This document shows positions 44,232 to 52,031 of a DNA stretch of 59,679 nucleotides, one piece after another; the first letter of the stretch is position 1; each line of letters begins with the position of its first letter. The notes below the pieces were generated by a model. That model ran no database searches. It saw nothing but the letters and a program-made list of their open reading frames with translations, and was not told the origin of the DNA. The stretch lies in IMG/VR virus record IMGVR_UViG_3300022542_001175; one strand, given 5' to 3'. This DNA is from a virus. The position numbers were made by a program, and so were the translations under genes.

Positions 44232-44572
44232 TAGAAATCTTTCTCTATAACTTCGATCCTCATTGTTTGATTCAGTTCTCTATGTGATTTTATCCACACA
44301 ATTTGAAAATATCGTGTGACTCCATTTTCTATATATTTAACTCGATGCTTTTCATTAATAACTGGATCAGCGAGATAGCTCATAAGGATCTTATGAGAAG
44401 TCATTACAGTTGTTTTTCCAGCTTGAAATTTTTCTCCTCCATCATTAGTTATAATCAAACAAGGAACATTTTCATGGACAGCGTTCCATGCTTTAGTTTT
44501 AGAGCCTCCTCCTACATCAGTTTCAGTAAATTTTTCTATATCTATTTTGTGTCTAAATTGATTTCTGATCAT
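44231..44572 (-). CDS. head closure / head-tail joining protein (SPP1 gp16-like)
   Basis: FRHKIDIEKFTETDVGGGSKTKAW ... follows the head-closure pattern (lrhri.i......d..G.....W). Confidence 0.7.
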   Translation of the reverse strand: MIRNQFRHKIDIEKFTETDVGGGSKTKAWNAVHENVPCLIITNDGGEKFQAGKTTVMTSHKILMSYLADPVINEKHRVKYIENGVTRYFQIVWIKSHRELNQTMRIEVIEKDF

Positions 44573-45474
44573 GCTTGCAGACTCACTTTCTTTTTTATAT
44601 TGCGAGCTAAAATCCGATCTACTTTAACAATTCCTGTATAAACTTTATTAGGATTTGTATAGCTGAAATCTTTTCCTACGGATTGAGATCCTTTTATCCA
44701 GTGATCATATAAAGTAGGATCATTGAACTCTTCTATCATCATGATTATTACTCTTCTGATCTCATGTGGACAGGAGCTCCGTCCGTAAGTTCCTGTGACT
44801 CGGATGTTTTTTATGCCACGTGGAAAGAGTGAATATACTTCAGTTTCCTTAAGAAGATGTTTGAGCTCTGCTTGACTCGAAGTTGCGCTTTCAAGATCGA
44901 TATAGACGGAGTATTTATCATAAGTCCAGTAGGAGGAATTAAGCACCACTCCATAGATCTCTATTTGTGTGACAGTGAGGATATCAGGAATGAATCCTAA
45001 AAAGATTCTATCTTTATTATTTCCATCCAGCTCTCTTACAAAAGCTTTGGAATAGAAATAATCACGTGTGATCTTTTCCAGTATCGCTTCTTGCTCCTGG
45101 ATCAACTGTCTCTTTTGCAGTGCTACCCACGCAGCATCCCAGTTTGAGACATCCTGCTCGATTGTTTTTAGAGTTTGAACATTTGCAATGAGCAAACAAT
45201 CAGTCTCTGCTTTATCCACTAAGAGATCCTTAGATGCTCTGGATGTGATTCCTAAAAGCGTAGCGCTCCAATTTCCAAGAGCGTTGATCACAGTAACCAG
45301 CTCTCCTAGAGTATCATTTGCATCTTGAGGGAGATCTATAGCTGTAGGAGTTCCATCTCTAGTGAGAGTGAGAGTATTTCCTACAAGTTTTATTGTAGCT
45401 GTAGATCCTGATTCGCAATAGACGCTCAGAGCGTCTTCATCAGTTAAATAATTTCCTTGATAGCTCTCAGTCAT
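44569..45474 (-). CDS. head-tail connector/adaptor candidate (301 aa)
   Basis: Call is by position only, upstream of the head-closure gene. Confidence 0.35.
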   Translation of the reverse strand: MTESYQGNYLTDEDALSVYCESGSTATIKLVGNTLTLTRDGTPTAIDLPQDANDTLGELVTVINALGNWSATLLGITSRASKDLLVDKAETDCLLIANVQTLKTIEQDVSNWDAAWVALQKRQLIQEQEAILEKITRDYFYSKAFVRELDGNNKDRIFLGFIPDILTVTQIEIYGVVLNSSYWTYDKYSVYIDLESATSSQAELKHLLKETEVYSLFPRGIKNIRVTGTYGRSSCPHEIRRVIIMMIEEFNDPTLYDHWIKGSQSVGKDFSYTNPNKVYTGIVKVDRILARNIKKKVSLQA

Positions 45475-45585
45475 AGAAAGCTCCTAAATAGAGAACAGAG
45501 CAGCTCTCTTAGACATGAGAGAGAAAGAGGATGCTGCTCCTGCTCTCTTCTATAAAATTAAAATAATGATTTAATTTTTTAGCTA

Positions 45586-45915
45586 CTAAGATTTTTTTTC
45601 TTCTACTTTAATCTCAGAACAATCTACAATCCGCTTTACGAATGGAACATCATTCTGTCCAAATCCTTGAAAAGCGTCTAAGGATGCTTTGATCTTTGAG
45701 TATTCTTCTTCTTCTAAAAGAAGATTTTTTCCATTGCAATCTCTGATCTTTCGAGCAATGTCTTCTCTATCCAAGAGATCAACTGCATTTAATTGAAGAT
45801 TAGCATTGAAAAGGATCGCACAAAGAGAACCTCTAAATTCGTATGTTCCTTTTGTTATTTCTCCTTTCTCATCGACTACATCAAACTGATAATTTTCTAA
45901 ATTTAATTTTCTCAA
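45586..45915 (-). CDS. hypothetical head-module protein (109 aa)
   Basis: Packed ORF. Confidence 0.5.
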   Translation of the reverse strand: MRKLNLENYQFDVVDEKGEITKGTYEFRGSLCAILFNANLQLNAVDLLDREDIARKIRDCNGKNLLLEEEEYSKIKASLDAFQGFGQNDVPFVKRIVDCSEIKVEEKKS

Positions 45916-45990
45916 AAGTCTCTCCTATTAGAGCGATAGATTCTTGTACGACATTGCAATATAGGATTAACTTATTAACTCAAAAATCAA

Positions 45991-46773
45991 TTAGATCGCA
46001 GTACAGTTAGCTCCAACTACTGTCTTGAACTGCGCAGGAGTCATGACATAAGTTGTTCCTCCAGATCTGAACTTGAGCATATTTCCTTTGTTGCCTGAAG
46101 TGTGAGCTCCATCATTCGCTCCGACAAAACTTATTACTGCATGACTTCCAGAAACATTCCCCATCTTTCCGTTGAATACGATTCCACCAGCTATTTGTTG
46201 AGCGCTGTTCTGATTGATAAGAATAGCATCCACTTGATTATTGACAATACTAGTAGGATTCAATTGCAGAATGATTCCTTGAGTTCCTCCTCCAGCCGGA
46301 TGAGAAGTAGCATGATCAAGAATATCGATCAAGAGTCCTTTTTTGTACTTAGTTTTGCTTGTACCACTACAATAGAGCATGAACAATCCGCCTTTCAGAT
46401 CTATACAAGTTCCTCCTAGACTATTCCGAGCAAAGATTGAAAGTCCTTCAACTGCTCCATTAGTGGAAATGACGTTTCCATGAGACGCAGTAATATAGAG
46501 TCCAGAGAGAATTTGAGTAGCTGCACTCATCAGTGCATCTTGCTGAACGTGAGCTTGAAGACCAGCATTACCCCCAGCTAAAGTAACTAGGACAGGACTA
46601 GATTTAGTTCCTACGCTAAATCCAGCTTTTCCATAAATTCCAGTTCCAGTATAATTGCTTTCTCCAGTAGCTACTCCTGTGAATGTTATTCCATCTGAAA
46701 AAGCTTCTTGAATTATTCTGCCGAGTGATTGACTTATATTACGATCTAAAGCTGCTAGATTTCTTATACTCAT
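45991..46773 (-). CDS. Gly-rich head-module protein (decoration/fibre candidate, 260 aa)
   Basis: Gly/Ser/Thr-rich and beta-rich in composition. Lies two genes after the capsid gene. Confidence 0.5.
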   Translation of the reverse strand: MSIRNLAALDRNISQSLGRIIQEAFSDGITFTGVATGESNYTGTGIYGKAGFSVGTKSSPVLVTLAGGNAGLQAHVQQDALMSAATQILSGLYITASHGNVISTNGAVEGLSIFARNSLGGTCIDLKGGLFMLYCSGTSKTKYKKGLLIDILDHATSHPAGGGTQGIILQLNPTSIVNNQVDAILINQNSAQQIAGGIVFNGKMGNVSGSHAVISFVGANDGAHTSGNKGNMLKFRSGGTTYVMTPAQFKTVVGANCTAI

Positions 46774-46774
46774 T

Positions 46775-47050
46775 TTAATTTCCTCCTAAAAATTTTATGA
46801 GCTCAACTTTTTTCATGTGGAATGTGCCTTTCATTCCACAGCTAGTAGCAAGCTTTCTGAGCTCTTGGATACTCATCGAATCAATGTCTCCTAAGCTCTT
46901 AGCTTCAATATGAGGCACAGTGCTCAGTTCCTCTACTAGTTTCAGATCCTTTGAATGGAATAAGAATCCAGCAGAGAGAGTCATGTTTCCTAAATGAGTA
47001 GGCACAATTCTACTATTTCCATGATTCATAACTACAAAAGCTTCGCTCAT
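46775..47050 (-). CDS. hypothetical protein with C-terminal Rho_N/SAP-like helix-hairpin (91 aa; start trimmed from 47113)
   Basis: The ATG at 47050 lies 2 nt after the capsid gene stop. MSIQELRKLATSCGMKG...KKVELIKFL is SAP/Rho_N-like. Confidence 0.5.
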   Translation of the reverse strand: MSEAFVVMNHGNSRIVPTHLGNMTLSAGFLFHSKDLKLVEELSTVPHIEAKSLGDIDSMSIQELRKLATSCGMKGTFHMKKVELIKFLGGN

Positions 47051-47052
47051 AA

Positions 47053-48123
47053 TTATCCGATTGTGAGTTTCTCCACTAGAACTACAGCGTTGACATTCTC
47101 CATAGTGACGCACGTTCTGATGGAATAGAAGAAATAGTTAGCTTCATCTGCAGCTTGACGCTCAGTTTCGAGTTTGATCTCTCTTTGAAGTCCTATGATG
47201 AAATTCTTGAAATGAGTCAAGCAACAGTCTGTGTAAGATCCTGCTCCAATTTTTCCTGCTGCATTGAGAGTAGTCGGCATTAAAGGCATGGAAACTAGAG
47301 GAACTTGACCAAATTTCAGTCCTTTCTCTGCTCCGAGAATTGCTTGATCTCCTAAGATTGTGGATCTCGCTGCGAGCGCATCAATATAGTCATCAACGAC
47401 TTGATCAGATTGCAGGAATCTGAGAGCTGCCATTCCACCTTTTGATTTATAGATTGAATCCAGCGCCTTCTTTGCTTTTGAGAATTTGAACTCCCAGTTA
47501 TAAGGAGCTGTTCCTTTTTGCTCTGCTATTTTTCCAGCAAAAGTGAAGTCTGCAGTAGCGTCCAGGATCGAAGCAGATCCTGAAACATCATTTTCATAAT
47601 CTTCTCCAGCTCCAGAATGAGTTATGATATAGCGCCATCCATCCAGTTTAGAACGGATATCATCTGCAGCAAATCCTCCAAGAGCGTGAGTGTCTCCGAT
47701 CCAGTAACATTCAGCTAATTGATTAGCGATATCAGCAGTGACCATTTTCATGATGTGATCTGTGAATTCTCGATCTGATTCAACAGGAAGAATATCTTCC
47801 AAGTCATCATCAAAGATGACTACGCATCCTCTGAATTTTGTAGTTTGAAGAGTGATAGTATTCTGCGTGAATTCCTTTTTATATTTAGCGCTGTCAAAAT
47901 TCGCTGCTGGATACAGAACTCTTTCAGATCCGAGTCCTAGAGCTCTGATTCTTTTTTCTGCTCTCGGCATCCGTACAATTCGAGCATTGTTCTTGAGCAC
48001 AGACTGATCGACTACATAATCCAGGAATCGATCAGCTTCTTCAGGATCTAGAGTTAGTGTAGGAATTGAGATAAGAGCTTTCTTGATTCTTTTCTTTTTT
48101 AGAAGTGATTTGTTAGTTCTCAT
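47053..48123 (-). CDS. major capsid protein (HK97 fold)
   Basis: 356 aa and directly downstream of the scaffold gene. N-terminal LDPEEADRFLDYVVDQSVL and overall layout are typical of the phage capsid family. Confidence 0.75.
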   Translation of the reverse strand: MRTNKSLLKKKRIKKALISIPTLTLDPEEADRFLDYVVDQSVLKNNARIVRMPRAEKRIRALGLGSERVLYPAANFDSAKYKKEFTQNTITLQTTKFRGCVVIFDDDLEDILPVESDREFTDHIMKMVTADIANQLAECYWIGDTHALGGFAADDIRSKLDGWRYIITHSGAGEDYENDVSGSASILDATADFTFAGKIAEQKGTAPYNWEFKFSKAKKALDSIYKSKGGMAALRFLQSDQVVDDYIDALAARSTILGDQAILGAEKGLKFGQVPLVSMPLMPTTLNAAGKIGAGSYTDCCLTHFKNFIIGLQREIKLETERQAADEANYFFYSIRTCVTMENVNAVVLVEKLTIG

Positions 48124-48175
48124 TTTAAACTTGCCTCCTAATGAGACTTAATTAAAATTTAAATTTTGATTGAGA

Positions 48176-49201
48176 CTATTCGTCAGTTTCTGTTTTTGCT
48201 AAGTTAAAGCTCCAGGGTTTTTTCTTCTTGATTTTCTTTCCATCCTCATCTACTTCTTCATCCTCATCTTCGACTTCGTCTTCATCATCCTGTCCTTTGA
48301 GACTCTTTTTTGTTCCTTTCTTCTCTTCTAGAGCTTTGATCCGCTTCTTGAGTTTCTTGACTTCTTTTTCAGCATCTTTTGTTTCATCCTCATCTTCGTC
48401 TTCCTCTTCGTCTTCCTCTTCATCTTTGTCTTCGTCTTCTTCCTCATCCTCTTCTTTTTTCTCTTTCTTTATCTTCTTCTTTTTCTTCGCTAGAGCTTTA
48501 TCGAGCTTCTCTGTGAGTTCATCCATTTTCTCTTCAATGACAAGCAGTTCAGCAGATTTTCCAGCATCTTTCTGGACAAGAGCAGCGAGCGCTTTGATTG
48601 CTTTATCCAGTGGTTTTCCTTTTTCGACTACGCTCTTGATCAGCTCCATTGTAGCTTTAGAAAGCTTTGCTCCAGCTTTCTCCAGATCTTTTTCATCCTC
48701 TTCATCCTCTTCATCCTCTTTGTCTTTTTTCTTTGTAGTTGGATATCCAAAAGCAGCATACTTAGCAAGAGTATCAATTGATTCCTTGACATCATCAGGA
48801 AAATCCTCAAATTTATTGAGGATATTGAGAGCTCTTCTTATAGCTTTGGATACATCCGCAGCTAACTTTTTATCAGCTTTTTCAAACTTCTCTACTTCAT
48901 CATCTGTAAGCTCATCCTCTCCGATGAATTCTATTAATAGATCCGATAATTTTTTCATGATTTTTTTCCCTTTAAAGATGATTTTTGTGGCGGATTCCAT
49001 AAGATTTTCGCCACAATTAGGACACTCCTCACTAGCACTTTTTAAAAAGTCTATGAGAGCTTCCTTATGTCCGCAGTCACAAATGAGATATCCTCTTGCA
49101 TCTTTATCTGCAGCTTTCTTGAAGAGAAATTTCTTCTTGTTAGCTGGAAGATCCACTAAGGATATCTCATCAAGTTCAATGTGACTCAATTTATGAGGCA
49201 A
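48176..49201 (-). CDS. scaffolding protein candidate with Zn ribbon and poly-acidic tracts
   Basis: N-terminal ISLVDLPANKKKF, CDCGH...CPNCG, and long D/E runs. TTG start with GGAGGT upstream. Lies between the protease and capsid genes. Confidence 0.6.
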   Translation of the reverse strand: MPHKLSHIELDEISLVDLPANKKKFLFKKAADKDARGYLICDCGHKEALIDFLKSASEECPNCGENLMESATKIIFKGKKIMKKLSDLLIEFIGEDELTDDEVEKFEKADKKLAADVSKAIRRALNILNKFEDFPDDVKESIDTLAKYAAFGYPTTKKKDKEDEEDEEDEKDLEKAGAKLSKATMELIKSVVEKGKPLDKAIKALAALVQKDAGKSAELLVIEEKMDELTEKLDKALAKKKKKIKKEKKEEDEEEDEDKDEEEDEEEDEDEDETKDAEKEVKKLKKRIKALEEKKGTKKSLKGQDDEDEVEDEDEEVDEDGKKIKKKKPWSFNLAKTETDE

Positions 49202-49252
49202 ACGTAACCTCCATAAAAAATTTCTATGAGTTTTTCCTGTATCCCTTTTGCT

Positions 49253-49355
49253 GAAGCGATACTAGGAAGCTCAGTAGCTGCTTCTTAGCATCGCTTTCTT
49301 GCGTGAGCTCTGAGTGGATCAGACTCACCATGACAAGCGATCTGAAGCCAGATCG
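49253..49355 (-). other. three consecutive stable hairpins in the protease-scaffold spacer
   Basis: H1 49253..49298 has a 17-18 bp stem. H2 49303..49328 has 10 bp with one bulge. H3 49338..49355 has 7 bp and a 4-nt loop. Confidence 0.6.
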
Positions 49356-49406
49356 AAAATATCTATTAAAAAATAATGATTAAAAAAGTGAAAGTCAAGT
49401 TTTAAT

Positions 49407-49880
49407 TTATTTTATTTTTCTACGACTAGCGATTCCAGCCATAGAGAATCCAGTTATCTTTCCTTCTTTTATATCTTTCCAGATCTTATTATCCAGGACT
49501 CTAATGATCAGTATCCATGATCCTTTTCTTACTTTCTCATTGTTTACTTCAAAATCTACAGGAGCAATATAATTCTCCAGGATCTTAATTCTTTTAGTTA
49601 TGAATTCTCCCTTGTGCTGGATCTTAAATTGTTGTGCGTGCTCCATATAATAATAGCAAGCTTCTTTAATATCTTTTGCAGTAGCGAAGTCCTTTTGAGT
49701 ATCCACTTTCATCGGCTCATAAACTACTCCTCCTACTATCTGCTCATCATCTGATACTTAAAAAAGAGAAATTGAGATCTCTTCCTGCAGCAGCTTCTCT
49801 ATATCAACTTCTTTGATTTCGATTTCTGGAGCTACTGATTTATGAATTAAATTTCCATCCTCAATTATATGCTTTATCAT
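49407..49880 (-). CDS. XkdF-like prohead protease, interrupted by an in-frame TAA (49758..49760)
   Basis: AAGGAGTGAAAA precedes the ATG at 49880. After 40 codons there is a TAA, then in-frame VSDDEQIVGGVVYEPMKVDTQ... continues into ORF 49407..49712. That ORF ends in KGSWILIIRV.D..IW.DIKEGKITGFSMAG, an XkdF-type C-terminus. Confidence 0.6.
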
Positions 49881-49883
49881 TTT

Positions 49884-50579
49884 TCACTCCTTTATTTTTA
49901 GCGCATCACAAAATCCATATTTTCTTCTATGAATAATCTCTTTAGGAACTCTTCCTTTTGCCATCTCCACTATTATTTTTTTCCTATTATAGGAATCAAC
50001 CTTATCCTTCAATGGAATTTGAGATAGCATAGCTATGATCCTCTCATCCGCATAAGGAAGACAAACTTGGACTTCAGCGCTGCTCATATCAAGAGGAATT
50101 AAATGATCCTCCTGTAATCGTCTAATGTGTTCATAATATACTTCTTCTGTAGGATTAGTCATGTGATCATAATATCCGCACATGTATTCATCAATCGTAT
50201 CTCCTGCAATTATTTTCTTTGTATATTTATTAACATATCGATAAAACAATTCATAAATAGAATACTTTATTTCTTGATCCTTTGGATAATAAATGAAATG
50301 AGTAAGTGGAGAGAAATATTTCTTTTTATAATGAGCTACAACTTTTTTTGCAAACATCACGTCTGGATGAGACTCAGAGATCCCCATTGTGAAAATTTTA
50401 ACTTTATGAAATATCTGGATCATATAATATAGCAACAAGGAGGAATCCACTCCTCCAGAAAATGATAAACAATCACAATCAATTCCTCTTAGAACACTCA
50501 TTAATCTCTGCTCCACTTCTCCAGCAGTAATTCTCATTCCTATCTTTTTCCAGTTCTGAGGATATATGATCATCACCAT
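49884..50579 (-). CDS. PP-loop ATP pyrophosphatase (asparagine-synthase/QueC-like)
   Basis: LSFSGGVDSSLLLYY is an SGGxDS PP-loop motif. Confidence 0.65.
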   Translation of the reverse strand: MVMIIYPQNWKKIGMRITAGEVEQRLMSVLRGIDCDCLSFSGGVDSSLLLYYMIQIFHKVKIFTMGISESHPDVMFAKKVVAHYKKKYFSPLTHFIYYPKDQEIKYSIYELFYRYVNKYTKKIIAGDTIDEYMCGYYDHMTNPTEEVYYEHIRRLQEDHLIPLDMSSAEVQVCLPYADERIIAMLSQIPLKDKVDSYNRKKIIVEMAKGRVPKEIIHRRKYGFCDALKIKE

Positions 50580-51715
50580 TCCTTTGCTTTTTCTTTTAAT
50601 GTCATTCCACTCTTCATCTGTTTTGGTTTAATATCTGCAGCAGCAGCTTCCTCTTCACTCCATGCAACTTCCTGAGTCTCTTCTAATCCTTTTATAACAT
50701 GATAATGTCCTTCTTTGATCTCCTTTCCATCCAGATAGATCTTTCCTTTTTCTATCCAGAGATGAGACTGTTCATACAAATTTCCGATGTGATCATATAA
50801 ATAGCAGTGATGTATTGTCTCCTTATCTCCTTCTACTGCAATATGATGGATTAAATATTCAAAAGTTTCAAGACTTTCCTCCAGTTGTTTGTTTACTTTT
50901 TCTTTATGTTCCTTTATCCAAGCTTTTGCAGAACTCATAGTCCAAGCTTTCTTCTTCTTATCAAATATAAATGTACGAATCCTCTTTATCTCTCCACAAT
51001 AGAGCGCTGTTATTCCTTCATCTTCAGATATAGTTATAGTAGCTGTCACTTTGCACTCAGGACTAACAGGAATCCGTATTCTATCCTTATTCTCTTCAGG
51101 TTTTTTTATGGAGATTTTTTCCTTCAGTCCTTCTTCGGTGATTGATTTTTTAATCCGCTTTACTTCTGTTTTTTCTTTTGGTTTTAACACAAAATCATAC
51201 AATGGAATGTAGGAGGAATCTGGACCCGCAGCACAATAAATAAACTCTATCTTCCTTTCTTTTTTTCCTTCTTTTCTCTTTATAGCACTAGCAAGTAATC
51301 CTCCTAATTCACGCTCAAGATCTTCATTCTTTTTTTCTCCAGAAAGTTTTATGACTATTTCTATATCATCAGCTTCTTGAGGATTCTTTACGAATGATCC
51401 AGCTAAGGAGCAAAAATCAGGAATAACTACCATCTCTCCTAGATTAGGAACAGATAATTTAAACATAGAAATATCAAAGATATATTGATCGATAGCATGA
51501 GCTGTCTTCAATAAAATATGTCTATTTTTTACTCTCTCTCTCACAAGGAGTTTATATTTTTCTACTAGAAATCCTCTATCCAGCGTTCCTATTTTATCCT
51601 CTTTTGAATCTTTGAAATATCTATCCCACTGCTGCACGATCCTCATTCTTGTATCTTCTAATTCCTTATATGAAATAGCAGTCAACTTTTTTTTAGTTAT
51701 ATTTTCTATCCTCAT
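50573..51715 (-). CDS. hypothetical protein (380 aa) with possible Pol-beta-type nucleotidyltransferase motif
   Basis: LAGSFVKNPQEADDIEIVI fits hG[GS]x9Dh[DE]h. This is a by-eye, weak call. Confidence 0.55.
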   Translation of the reverse strand: MRIENITKKKLTAISYKELEDTRMRIVQQWDRYFKDSKEDKIGTLDRGFLVEKYKLLVRERVKNRHILLKTAHAIDQYIFDISMFKLSVPNLGEMVVIPDFCSLAGSFVKNPQEADDIEIVIKLSGEKKNEDLERELGGLLASAIKRKEGKKERKIEFIYCAAGPDSSYIPLYDFVLKPKEKTEVKRIKKSITEEGLKEKISIKKPEENKDRIRIPVSPECKVTATITISEDEGITALYCGEIKRIRTFIFDKKKKAWTMSSAKAWIKEHKEKVNKQLEESLETFEYLIHHIAVEGDKETIHHCYLYDHIGNLYEQSHLWIEKGKIYLDGKEIKEGHYHVIKGLEETQEVAWSEEEAAAADIKPKQMKSGMTLKEKAKEW

Positions 51716-51719
51716 TTTC

Positions 51720-51854
51720 TTATCTCCTTGCTTCCAATTCTACGATAGTGAGAGGATCTCCACAGCGACATTTATTCAAGAGATCCTTTCTAACAAAAAA
51801 TCTAAAACACTTCCTGCAAAAATAAGTGACTATAAATCTTTTTTGCTCAATCAT
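51720..51854 (-). CDS. small zinc-ribbon protein (44 aa)
   Basis: Hand translation gives MIEQKRFIVTYFCRKCFRFFVRKDLLNKCRCGDPLTIVELEARR. An in-frame GTG 9 codons upstream is an alternative start. Confidence 0.35.
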   Translation of the reverse strand: MIEQKRFIVTYFCRKCFRFFVRKDLLNKCRCGDPLTIVELEARR

Positions 51855-51890
51855 TCCTAAATGATAGTCTGTGATATTCACTCTGGAAGT

Positions 51891-52028
51891 CTAGCTCCTT
51901 TTCTTCTTCTTCTTTCCTTTCTGAGATCTCTGGAAGCGCTCCTCTGCTTTTTTATATGGTTTAGCTCCTGGATATTCAAAAGATTCTTTTCCGTCCAGTG
52001 TATTAAATTTCTCTTTTTTCTTAGACAT
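51891..52028 (-). CDS. small basic protein (45 aa)
   Basis: Hand translation gives MSKKKEKFNTLDGKESFEYPGAKPYKKAEERFQRSQKGKKKKKRS. GGAGGATAGAAG lies upstream of the ATG. Confidence 0.4.
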   Translation of the reverse strand: MSKKKEKFNTLDGKESFEYPGAKPYKKAEERFQRSQKGKKKKKRS

Positions 52029-52031
52029 CTT

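Noticed and set aside
48228-49184. 318-aa Ser-rich plus-strand ORF.
   Set aside because: It is the antisense shadow of the poly-Asp/Glu/Lys scaffold gene (GAA/GAT/GAG repeats read as TTC/ATC/CTC). It is low-complexity, has no SD, and lies on the non-coding strand.
49202-49406. tRNA or other classical RNA gene in the structured spacer.
   Set aside because: There is no cloverleaf: no 7-bp acceptor stem with D and T arms, and no GTTCRA T-loop. The hairpins are simple and consecutive.
49758-49760. Genome-wide stop-codon reassignment (alternative genetic code) as the explanation for the in-frame TAA in the protease gene.
   Set aside because: TAA terminates many well-delimited genes here, for example 28008..28163, 29845..30021 and 51720..51854. 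All other long genes read uninterrupted under the standard code.
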